Positions 50,328-58,777 of a DNA stretch of 64,000 nucleotides are shown in pieces (position 1 is the first letter of the stretch; every line of letters begins with the position of its first letter). The stretch comes from Candidatus Cloacimonadales bacterium. GTDB taxonomy: Bacteria; Cloacimonadota; Cloacimonadia; Cloacimonadales; JAFGVF01. The DNA is taken from positions 2,237,482 to 2,301,481 of the forward strand of contig OY782781.1 of NCBI GenBank assembly GCA_963678315.1. The letters run 5' to 3'. The notes under the pieces are model-generated. The model worked only from the letters and a program-made list of their open reading frames with translations, was not told the origin of the DNA and did not search any database. A program made the position numbers and the translations under genes.

Positions 50328-52253
50328 TTATCCTCTTAAATCTATTTCCTTTCCGGTAAAAACTCTAGTATCTTCCATTCTTTTAGTAATAGCAATTTTG
50401 TCAAAGATTTCTAAATAATATAAAGTGATTTTTCTATTAACTCCAAGAGCATCTCTAACTTCACTTACTTTAAAATTCTTAGGACATTTGTCTTTAATAG
50501 CTTCAATTATACTTAAAATTATACTTGCTGAAATGAAGACATTATTTTGAGGTATAATTAGCTTTTGTTCAATCAGGTGATTGATTATTGAATTATAATC
50601 TTGCCCTTTTAACGAATACTTTTTTATAGACAGATCTTTCAAGTCCTCTTCGGGATAGTCTACACCAATCTGATTTATATCTTCAAGAATGCTTTTTTCT
50701 GTGTTAATCAAGTAATTTGCATCTTCTGGATTATGAGAACTTAGCAAATATGTACTATCAAATGCCTTTACAGAATTTTCTTCAGTCATGCCTTTTAGAA
50801 TGCTTATTAAAACTGACTTTGTAATAGTAGTGTGTTTACTCGAGATATATTTAAATATATCATTTATTGATAATCCCTTATTACTTAGTTTATTTTGTAA
50901 ATGATGTCTTCGAAGGACTTTATTTACTTCCTCTTCAATAATTTCTTTCCTCTCTCGTAAGACTAATAAACTTTCATTATCTTCTTTGATAATTGTAATC
51001 ATATCCGGAATTTCTTTTATAGCAGAATCCAACACTTCTAAAGTAATATTTAGATATCTACAGATAGTTGTAGCTTTCAATAAATCAAGCGACTTTTCCA
51101 GTTCATTGAGAATAACCCATTTTACTTCGTTATTAGCTAGTTGATGTAACTTATCAATTAGTTTTTTAGGTCTTTTCTTATGTTTTAAAGGGTAAGCATC
51201 AATAATTCTACCACCGCCAATAGTCTTTGTATTAGAACTGTCTCTTATAATGTACTTGTCGTTATAGTAAAATACTCCAGCTTTATCTAACGTAATTTGG
51301 ACTATAGCCGTTTCATTTTCAGTTAGTTCATTTTTATCAATCAAGTGCATTTTGGCTTTCGATTTGTAAGTACCAGATAATAGGATTACTGTTGACCATA
51401 ACTTCAATGTTTCTTTAGAGTAATTTACTAAATGACAATCAATCCTATCGCTGTTATCTCTATCATGAGATGTAATCAACATACCTCGTCTAAATTCAGA
51501 AACTTTCAAACCTGTTACGTTAAGAGAAGCTCTGTCTCCTGGAAATATACTATCTACAGAATGTTTAAATCTTTCGATTCCTCTTATTCTTAAATTTTTT
51601 CTATCAGGGAGTAATAAGACTTCATCAGTTTTAACCAATTTCCCACTTAATACTGAGCCATTAACAACAGTTCCATGACCTGTAACTGAAAAGATTCTAT
51701 CTATATACATTCTAAAAACTAGACCTAAGTCTTTTTCATTAACCATAGAAATTTGATTAGCAATCTCTTTTCTTATATCATTCAGTCCATTCCCTGTTTT
51801 ACTGGATACTTTTATAATATTACAATTTTCAAGAAAGCTACTTGAAACAAACTCTTTAACCTCTTCAATTGCTAATTCTGTCAATTCCTCGTCTACTAAG
51901 TCAGTTTTTGTTAATGCAACGAAGCCAGATTTAATGTCTAATAGCTCCATGATTTTAAGATGTTCTTGTGTTTGTGGCATAATTCCACTATCTGCTGAGA
52001 TAACTAACATAACAAAATCAATGCTTGAAGCACCAGCTATCATAGTATTTATGAAGTCCTTATGACCTGGTACATCAATTATTCCCACTTCCTTATCTTC
52101 ATCAATCTTAATATGACTAAAACCTAGATGAATTGTTATACCCCTATTCTTTTCTTCTTTATGAGTGTCACAATCAAAGCCGGTTAGAAGTTTTATTAAA
52201 GACGTTTTTCCATGGTCAACATGGCCTGCAGTTCCCATTGTTAAGTGTTTCAT
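50328..52253 (-). CDS. selB: Selenocysteine-specific translation elongation factor SelB
   Basis: EF-Tu-like GTPase GTAGHVDHGKTSL with long C-terminal winged-helix extensions. 641 aa. Immediately downstream of selA and tRNA-Sec. Confidence 0.85.
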   Translation of the reverse strand: MKHLTMGTAGHVDHGKTSLIKLLTGFDCDTHKEEKNRGITIHLGFSHIKIDEDKEVGIIDVPGHKDFINTMIAGASSIDFVMLVISADSGIMPQTQEHLKIMELLDIKSGFVALTKTDLVDEELTELAIEEVKEFVSSSFLENCNIIKVSSKTGNGLNDIRKEIANQISMVNEKDLGLVFRMYIDRIFSVTGHGTVVNGSVLSGKLVKTDEVLLLPDRKNLRIRGIERFKHSVDSIFPGDRASLNVTGLKVSEFRRGMLITSHDRDNSDRIDCHLVNYSKETLKLWSTVILLSGTYKSKAKMHLIDKNELTENETAIVQITLDKAGVFYYNDKYIIRDSSNTKTIGGGRIIDAYPLKHKKRPKKLIDKLHQLANNEVKWVILNELEKSLDLLKATTICRYLNITLEVLDSAIKEIPDMITIIKEDNESLLVLRERKEIIEEEVNKVLRRHHLQNKLSNKGLSINDIFKYISSKHTTITKSVLISILKGMTEENSVKAFDSTYLLSSHNPEDANYLINTEKSILEDINQIGVDYPEEDLKDLSIKKYSLKGQDYNSIINHLIEQKLIIPQNNVFISASIILSIIEAIKDKCPKNFKVSEVRDALGVNRKITLYYLEIFDKIAITKRMEDTRVFTGKEIDLRG

Positions 52254-53612
52254 TTATTTTGAATACTCTCTATTGATTTGACTTGTTATGTATTCAATAT
52301 CATCATCATTAATTGCAATCACATCTAACACTAACTTACTTCCTTTCAGAAAACCGAGAATAGGTTTTTCTAAAGCTAGCAGATTATAGAAAGCTCTTTT
52401 ACTTACTTCTTCAGTTGCATCAATTTCAATTGCATATGATTCTAATTTAATTTTTGGTAAAGAACCACCACCAACTTTAGCTGAGTGCTCAATAATAGAA
52501 GTCTTAACAAATATACGCTTACCCAAAGAATATGCTCTATTATAAAGTATTTCTTTAGACTGTCTTATTTGTCTAAAAAATGGTAGGTCTATCTCACTAA
52601 TAGGCTTGTTATGCTCTTTTATAGTTTCGTATAAAATAGTTTCTGTCACTTTACCAACTCTCAACACACGATACAAAGGGTTTTTCTTTAATCTATCAAT
52701 GTACTCTCTTTTTCCTACAATAATGCCAGCTTGTGGTCCGCCTAATAACTTGTCCCCACTAAAACTTACTAAATCTACTCCATATTTAAGAATTTCGGAT
52801 ACGCTCTCTTCCCATTCAAAAGTAGAAGAAGAGTCTTTAGTTAAAATTGCTGATCCAACATCATAATATGAAATCAGATTATTTTCTTGTGCTAAACTTG
52901 CGATTTTATCAATTAATACTTCTTCAGTAAAACCTTCTAAGAAGAAGTTTGATCTATGAACTTTCATCAGCATAGTTGTATTTTCATTAATGTTATTGAT
53001 GTAATCATTCAGTTTAGTTTTATTTGTAGTACCAATTTCTTTAAGTTTTGCCCCACTCATATTCATTATGTCTGGAACCCTAAATGAACCACCAATTTCT
53101 ACTAATTCCCCGCGTGATACAATGACCTCAGATTTTTTAGCTAATTCATTTAATATAAGAAATACAGCACTTGCATTGTTATTAACAATGAGACTTGCCT
53201 CAGCCCCAGTTGTCTTACAAATAATGTTTTTAAGATAAGCACCTCTCTCTCCTCTCTTCCCTTTCTCTAAATCAAATTCTATATTTAAATAATTAGCTAG
53301 TTTTTCAGATGTTGATTCCAAAATCTTTTTACTAATTTTAGCCCTTCCTAAATTAGTATGAATTAAAACCCCGGTGCAATTAACAACATTCTTTAATTCT
53401 GTGGGTAAATATTGTTTAAGTTGATTATCTAAGAGAATTAATATCTCTTCACTTGTATAGCCTGAGCCTGATAATATATCTTTCTTAATTGATGAAATGA
53501 AAGCCTTAGTTAGTTCCTTTGTTCTTTGTTCACCTAAAACTTTAAAATATTCTTGTAATCTATTGTCTTCATATATCTTATTCATTGATGGAACATTAAT
53601 CATTTCATTCAT
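52254..53612 (-). CDS. selA: L-seryl-tRNA(Sec) selenium transferase SelA
   Basis: PLP-Lys motif SFSGDKLLGGPQAGIIVGK, as in E. coli SelA. 452 aa. Confidence 0.9.
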   Translation of the reverse strand: MNEMINVPSMNKIYEDNRLQEYFKVLGEQRTKELTKAFISSIKKDILSGSGYTSEEILILLDNQLKQYLPTELKNVVNCTGVLIHTNLGRAKISKKILESTSEKLANYLNIEFDLEKGKRGERGAYLKNIICKTTGAEASLIVNNNASAVFLILNELAKKSEVIVSRGELVEIGGSFRVPDIMNMSGAKLKEIGTTNKTKLNDYINNINENTTMLMKVHRSNFFLEGFTEEVLIDKIASLAQENNLISYYDVGSAILTKDSSSTFEWEESVSEILKYGVDLVSFSGDKLLGGPQAGIIVGKREYIDRLKKNPLYRVLRVGKVTETILYETIKEHNKPISEIDLPFFRQIRQSKEILYNRAYSLGKRIFVKTSIIEHSAKVGGGSLPKIKLESYAIEIDATEEVSKRAFYNLLALEKPILGFLKGSKLVLDVIAINDDDIEYITSQINREYSK

Positions 53613-53630
53613 AAAAACCTCTTATTAGAG

Positions 53631-53660
53631 AAGACGAGTCGGAAATTATTCCGACTCGTT
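53631..53660 (-). other. Stable hairpin between selC and selA (GACGAGTCGG-aaattatt-CCGACTCGTT)
   Basis: A 10-bp perfect stem directly 3' of the tRNA on the transcribed strand, followed by the selA RBS (AAGAGG). It is not followed by a U-run, so it is a processing or partial-termination signal rather than a canonical terminator. Confidence 0.5.
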
Positions 53661-53669
53661 AATTTATTT

Positions 53670-53765
53670 GGCTGAGAGGGCAGGAATCGAACCTGCCAAA
53701 AACGGTTTTATCCGCTTCCTATCGGTTTTGAAGACCGACTGAACCACCAGATTCATCCTCCCGGC
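53670..53765 (-). tRNA. selC: tRNA-Sec (selC), anticodon UCA
   Basis: Folded by eye on the minus strand. It has a GGTTCGATTCC T-loop with a 5-bp T-stem. The 6-bp anticodon stem (GTCGGT/ACCGAT) carries loop CTTCAAA, giving anticodon TCA. The D-stem is 6 bp (TGAATC/GGTTCA) with 4-nt loop TGGT. The variable arm is long (~23 nt) and the acceptor is extended (8-9 bp) with one C.A mismatch. Exact ends are uncertain to within ~3 nt. Confidence 0.8.
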
Positions 53766-53777
53766 AATTTCTATTTA

Positions 53778-55616
53778 TTAATAGATATCTTTTTCTGCTT
53801 TTGCTGCAACATTCATCATTTCTGGGTGCATACCAGGTAATATATCTACAGCATGTACTGGACATACGTCAGCACAGTTTCCACATTTAACACATTCAGG
53901 TTGTGAGATAGTGTATTTTTCTTCTCTGCTACCTGAAATACAGTTAACAGGACATTTTCTAGCACATAATGAACAACCGATACATTTGTCTTTATCAATG
54001 TCGAAGTGAATAAGTGATGTACAAACTTTAGCAGGACAGCTCTTATCTTTAATATGAGCTTCATATTCACTTCTAAAGTATCTAATAGTACTTAAAACAG
54101 GATTAGGAGCAGTTTGACCTAGTCCACATAATGAAGATTTTTTAATATCTTTACCTAATCTAATAAGTTCCTCGATATCACCTTCTTTACCTTTGCCTTT
54201 AGTAATATTATCTAATATACCGTACATTTGTTTTAGACCTAAGCGACATGGGAAACATTTACCACAAGATTCTTCAACTGAGAAGTCTAAGAAGAATTTA
54301 GCAACATTAACCATACAGTTACTGTCATCCATAACAATAACACCACCAGAACCCATCATTGCACCTTTTTCAGTCAATGATTCATAAGTAATAGGTGTAT
54401 CAAGATCTTTTTCAGTTAAGCAACCACCTGATGGTCCACCAAGCTGAACAGCTTTGAATTTCTTGCCATTAGGAATTCCACCACCAACTTCAAAGATAAG
54501 CTCTCTAAGTGTGATGCCCATAGGCACTTCAACAAGACCTGTGTTTTTCACGTCACCTGTTAAAGCGAAAACTTTAGTACCTTTTGATTTTCCTTCACCC
54601 ATTGAAGCAAACCATTCAGCACCTTTATTAAAGATTGTAGGAATATTAGCTAAAGTTTCAACATTGTTAACTGTAGTTGGTTTATCCCATAATCCTTTTA
54701 CAGCTGGGAATGGTGGTTTTGGAGTTGGTTGTCCTCTCATACCTTCGATAGAGTGGATAAGAGCTGTTTCTTCACCACATACGAAAGCACCAGCACCAGT
54801 TCTAACTTCAGCATCAAACTCGAAACCACTAGCAAAAATATCTTTACCTAAAAGACCTATTTCTCTCATGTTTTCTAGAGCTTTATTGATTCTAGCAATA
54901 GCTAAAGGATATTCAGCTCTGATATAGAAATAACCTTTTGTCGCACCAATAGCATAACCTTCTACCATCATACCTTCAATGATTCTATAAGGATCACCTT
55001 CAAGTAATGATCTATCCATGAATGCACCTGGATCACCTTCGTCAGCATTACAGATTACATATTTTTGGTCAGCTTCATTGTTATAACAGAACTGCCATTT
55101 TAAACCTGTTGGGAATCCACCACCACCACGACCTCTAAGTCCAGATGCTTTGATAAGATCGATAGTTTCTTGTTGTGACATTTCTGACAAGACTTTACCT
55201 ATAGCTTCAAATCCGCCTGTAGCAATGTATTCATCCATAGATTCAGGATCAATATGTCCACAATTTTCTAAAGCTACTTTAACTTGTTTTTGGTAGAAAG
55301 GAATATCTTTCTTAGTAGCAAGAACTTTTTCAGCTTCAGAAATCATTAATCTTTTAACAGGTCTACCTTTTAAGAAGTGTTCAGTAACAATTTCATCTAC
55401 ATCATCAACTGTTACTTTTTGATAGAATACACCTTCAGGGTAAACCATCATAACAGGACCGAAATCACATGGTCCCATACAACCTGTTTCAATAATATTT
55501 ACTTCACTTCTTAAATCATTTTCTTCTAATAATTCAACGAATCTATTTTTAATTTTTAATGCACCTGCTGATACACAACCAGAGCCACAGCAAATAAGTA
55601 AATCTAATCTCTTCAT
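53778..55616 (-). CDS. NuoF-like NAD(P)H-binding flavoprotein subunit (HydB/HndC/FdhB-type) with N-terminal thioredoxin-like [2Fe-2S] and C-terminal 2x[4Fe-4S] domains
   Basis: 612 aa with N-terminal CCGSGC...C, an FMN/NADH site (GRGGGGFPTG...) and C-terminal CIGCSLCARKCP / CVKCGNCADVCP ferredoxin motifs. Confidence 0.85.
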   Translation of the reverse strand: MKRLDLLICCGSGCVSAGALKIKNRFVELLEENDLRSEVNIIETGCMGPCDFGPVMMVYPEGVFYQKVTVDDVDEIVTEHFLKGRPVKRLMISEAEKVLATKKDIPFYQKQVKVALENCGHIDPESMDEYIATGGFEAIGKVLSEMSQQETIDLIKASGLRGRGGGGFPTGLKWQFCYNNEADQKYVICNADEGDPGAFMDRSLLEGDPYRIIEGMMVEGYAIGATKGYFYIRAEYPLAIARINKALENMREIGLLGKDIFASGFEFDAEVRTGAGAFVCGEETALIHSIEGMRGQPTPKPPFPAVKGLWDKPTTVNNVETLANIPTIFNKGAEWFASMGEGKSKGTKVFALTGDVKNTGLVEVPMGITLRELIFEVGGGIPNGKKFKAVQLGGPSGGCLTEKDLDTPITYESLTEKGAMMGSGGVIVMDDSNCMVNVAKFFLDFSVEESCGKCFPCRLGLKQMYGILDNITKGKGKEGDIEELIRLGKDIKKSSLCGLGQTAPNPVLSTIRYFRSEYEAHIKDKSCPAKVCTSLIHFDIDKDKCIGCSLCARKCPVNCISGSREEKYTISQPECVKCGNCADVCPVHAVDILPGMHPEMMNVAAKAEKDIY

Positions 55617-55631
55617 TTTAAAAAACTCCTC

Positions 55632-55991
55632 TTATTTACTGATGATAAAATCAGCTACAGGTTGTCCATTCACTATATGTTCAGCAACAACTTTTTTAGC
55701 TTTTTCTACATCCATGTTACCATAAGTAACAGCTTCTTTACCTTCTACAATGATATCAACCACTGGTTCCATAGAAGAAAGACCTTTTTCTCCAGTTTGA
55801 CTAACTACAACATCTTTGATTTGTCTTGTAGCTATTTCGTCTAGAAAAGTTTTCATAACTTCTCTAGCTCCCATTGCGATACCTGATGTACCCATTCCAA
55901 CAACTATCTTTATTCTACTGCCTGAATTTCTCAACTTCATATCTTGTTGAGCTTTCTCACGTATTTTTCTGAGTTCAGCCAATGTTTTCAT
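55632..55991 (-). CDS. Small thioredoxin-like-fold protein (HndB-like) lacking Cys ligands
   Basis: 119 aa in the position typical of HndB / (2Fe-2S)-ferredoxin-fold proteins in NuoEF-type modules, but containing no cysteine. Confidence 0.45.
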   Translation of the reverse strand: MKTLAELRKIREKAQQDMKLRNSGSRIKIVVGMGTSGIAMGAREVMKTFLDEIATRQIKDVVVSQTGEKGLSSMEPVVDIIVEGKEAVTYGNMDVEKAKKVVAEHIVNGQPVADFIISK

Positions 55992-56560
55992 TAGATATCT
56001 CCCATTTTTGTATTTTTAATTCCATTTTTTATATTTTCATCTATAAATTGAATAACATCCGGATATGTAAGAGGTATGTCTCCCAACTCTTCTTTAATAA
56101 TTCTCGTATCAAATTCAAAATAAAATTCTTGTTCCAACGTATTATGAATAATCTTTAAGAGAAAATCTGTCTCTGGATGTCCAATTATCGAACCAATTAC
56201 TGTGTCTGCCAAACTTCCAACTGGCATTCTATCAATATGGTCTTTTTTAAATATTGCTTCTAATGTTGTGCCTTTATTTACTTCGCTGGTCATTAAGAAT
56301 TTACCATCACAAAGTTCAGCATTTTGTTTGAATAAAGGAATTCCTAATCCAACTTTTTTCTTTCTTTCTGACTTTGAAGTATAAAAAGGATTTAAAGCAT
56401 TCTGAAGTGTTTCATTATCCATTCCTATCCCATCATCGATTATTTTAAAGCTTAGATAATTGTCCTTTTCATCAGCTTTCATAATAATTTCAACAAGCGA
56501 CGAATCCGCTCTTGCTGAATTCTCAATAATGTCCAATAAATGTAGGGATAAGTCTTGCAT
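55991..56560 (-). CDS. Histidine-kinase-like ATPase (HATPase_c only) associated with the NuoEF module
   Basis: 189 aa with N-box/G-box-like motifs (HLLDIIENS, IIDDGIGMD, GLGIPL) and no HisKA or sensor domain. Confidence 0.6.
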   Translation of the reverse strand: MQDLSLHLLDIIENSARADSSLVEIIMKADEKDNYLSFKIIDDGIGMDNETLQNALNPFYTSKSERKKKVGLGIPLFKQNAELCDGKFLMTSEVNKGTTLEAIFKKDHIDRMPVGSLADTVIGSIIGHPETDFLLKIIHNTLEQEFYFEFDTRIIKEELGDIPLTYPDVIQFIDENIKNGIKNTKMGDI

Positions 56561-56563
56561 AAT

Positions 56564-57046
56564 TTATCTGTACTGGTTTAAAATTTCAATAACCTTATCT
56601 TTTGAATCGATTCTACCGTAAGTTTCTTCACCGATAACAAAAACAGGTGCTAATGAACATGCACCAACACATCTAACAGCACTAAGAGTAAACATACCAT
56701 CTTTGGTTGTTTCACCCATTTCAATACCTAATTCATCACTAAACATTTGAATCAATCTAGGAGCGCCTTTAACATAACAAGCTGTACCTGTACATACGTT
56801 GATAACGTACTTACCTCTTGGTTTCATTGTAAAGAAGTTGTAGAATGTCACTACACCGTAGATTTTATTAAGTGGAACACCTAACTCAATAGAAATAAAT
56901 TTTTGAACTTCCATTGGTAAGTAACCAAAAATAGCTTGAGCTTCTCTCAATACTTCAATTAAAGGATTTCTAAGCTGTTTTTTAACATCAATAATTGCTT
57001 TTAAATCCCTATACATTTGGTTGTCGTAATTAGCTATTTGCGACAT
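56564..57046 (-). CDS. NuoE-like thioredoxin-fold [2Fe-2S] ferredoxin subunit (HydC/HndA-type)
   Basis: 160 aa with the Cys pattern CTGTAC...CVGACSLAP characteristic of NuoE/24-kDa subunits. Confidence 0.8.
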   Translation of the reverse strand: MSQIANYDNQMYRDLKAIIDVKKQLRNPLIEVLREAQAIFGYLPMEVQKFISIELGVPLNKIYGVVTFYNFFTMKPRGKYVINVCTGTACYVKGAPRLIQMFSDELGIEMGETTKDGMFTLSAVRCVGACSLAPVFVIGEETYGRIDSKDKVIEILNQYR

Positions 57047-57406
57047 TTTTCCTCCAGTTTATATATTTTTTTAGAAATTTTTTATAAATCTGTTACCTAT
57101 GAGTGTTAATCTTCATTAAATATGAATTAAGTCAATGAATATTTGCATATTTTAATAAATTTATGGCCTATTTTTATTTTCTGATTATTGTCATAGCTTT
57201 TTGTCTTACAAAAAAGAATAAAATTGATTACTTCTAATGAGTTTTGGCAAGATGAAATATCAGTATTTTATATTCATTATTATCCAAAAATAAGTTGTGT
57301 TTATAGCTCTAAGTATTCTATATGACCTACTATTTAAGTTTTTTAGATAATGTTATTGTTTTTCCTTCATCTGCATTGCAAGCTAAAAATTAAATAAATG
57401 TTTAAG

Positions 57407-58603
57407 CTAATGAATTGCATATTGCTGCACTTCTTCGAACAATAATCTATCTCTTTTTATTTCGTTAGCTAACTCCTCTTTAGTAGGCAAGTAGTGTTTA
57501 TATTTTGAAGCAAAAAGCTGATTATTATCATTTAATATAGAATATTTTACGATAGTAGAATCCGTCTCACTACATAAAAGCATGCCAATTGTAGGATTAT
57601 CATCCTCACCTCTTTCTAAATCATCAAACATACGTACATACATATCCATCTGCCCAACATCTTGATGAGTCAATTTATCTGTCTTTAGATCAATTAGAAC
57701 AAAACATTTGAGAATATAGTTATAGAAAACTAAATCAATATAGAAATCTGAAGTTTCGGTCCTAATAAGCTTTTGTCTAGCAACAAAAGAAAAACCTTTT
57801 CCTAGCTCAAGAAGGAAACTTTGCAGATTAGTTATCAGAGAATCTTCTAATTTAGATTCTGTATAGCTTTTATTTCTTGGGATATCTAAGAATTCTAAGA
57901 CATAAGGATTTTTAAAGAAATCTTTTTGATTTTGTTTCATTTTGGCTGTCTTTTTTTCCATTTCTGCAATAACTGGAGCAGTTTCTTGAGAACTTAACAA
58001 TCGTTCATAGTAGAGAGTATTGTAATTTCTTTCTAATGTTCTATAAGACCAACGCTGTGACACAGCCTCATCTGTATAGTACTGTCTAGCATCACTATTT
58101 GTAATTCTGATTAGTACTCTATAATGACTCCAACTCAATTCGGGTCGCACTGCGGACCGAATTGGGTAAACATTATAAAACTGTCTCATTCTTCTAAGTG
58201 ATCTTTCATTAAAGCCTTTGCCAAATTCTTTTTTAACCCATATGATGCATTAGGTTTGACGAAAATAGTGCAGATTATTTCAGCAAAATAGCTTACAGAA
58301 TCGAAGCTCGAATAATATATATTCTAGTTAAGATTATGGAAGTTATTCTTGCCAAATAATATAGTGCTATTTTTCAAGTCCTAGTGCATTATTTGGGTTT
58401 AACTCCAAAGATAGTTCTTTAAGTAATTTCCTACCATAAGTTGCTCTATCCGCTCCTTTCTGTTCTTCTTCTACAATTCTTTTACCTATGAGCCAATAAG
58501 CTTGAACCATAGCGGAATTTACAACATTACGTGCTTTACTTCTAGCTTTATTTAAAATCTCTTTAATATCTTTTATAAGTTCATTTTCATGTATTTTTAC
58601 CAT
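57407..58603 (-). pseudogene. DUF1016/YhcG-family PDDEXK nuclease gene interrupted by a MITE-like insertion (N-fragment 58367..58603, C-fragment 57407..58250)
   Basis: N-fragment ...AMVQAYWLIGKRIVEEEQKGADRATYGRKLLKELSLEL and C-fragment KKEFGKGFNERSLRRMRQFYNVYP... are contiguous in YhcG-family proteins. Between them lies a 165-bp element introducing a stop. Confidence 0.75.
58235..58399 (-). mobile_element. MITE-like repeat, copy 2 (165 bp), TIRs AACCCATATGATGCA / TGCATTATTTGGGTT, inserted in the YhcG-like gene
   Basis: About 85% identical to the reverse complement of 13637..13833 apart from a ~32-bp internal deletion. Removing exactly 58235..58399 restores a continuous in-frame YhcG-like ORF (…LSLEL|KKEFGKGF…). 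Confidence 0.75.
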
Positions 58604-58651
58604 AATTAACCAGCTCTCATTTGCTTTACTAACTTATTTCCTTCATATATT

Positions 58652-58703
58652 CACCCTTACTTGCCTCTTTAAAAAAAAACCGATTTTTCAAGGAGGCAAG
58701 TAA
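58652..58703. repeat. Palindromic intergenic repeat (13-bp perfect stem CCTTACTTGCCTC / GAGGCAAGTAAGG around an A/T-rich loop containing CCGATTTTTCAA)
   Basis: Shares a ~40-nt block (CACCCTTACTTGCCTCTTT.AAAA....CGATTTTTCAA) with 36401..36440. A related palindrome with GAGGCAAGTAA is at 23877..23920. Confidence 0.6.
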
Positions 58704-58777
58704 GGAACAAGTATAAATTATATAGTTTTTAATTAAGAATAGCCCCTTATTACTTTGTTATTTAAAACAATAACACC

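Noticed and set aside
53631-53660. Hairpin between selC and selA as a rho-independent terminator
   Set aside because: The stem is strong, but on the transcribed (minus) strand it is followed by CTTCTCTAATAAGAGG rather than a U-tract. It is more likely a tRNA 3'-processing or attenuating structure, so it is kept as 'other' and not as a terminator.
53670-53765. Alternative reading of the tRNA as tRNA-Ser/Leu with a long variable arm, or as the tRNA-like part of tmRNA
   Set aside because: The anticodon loop CTTCAAA gives UCA (not a Ser/Leu anticodon). The 6-bp D-stem with 4-nt D-loop and 6-bp anticodon stem are Sec-specific. Immediate linkage to selA-selB supports selC. The length (~96 nt) is far too short for tmRNA.
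57047-58777. Region tRNA-Sec to rlmD as an integrated prophage or genomic island (tRNA-adjacent, disrupted nuclease gene, repeats)
   Set aside because: No integrase, recombinase, phage structural genes or att-like direct repeats of the tRNA 3' end were seen. Only a MITE insertion and one palindromic repeat were seen, which is insufficient evidence for an island.
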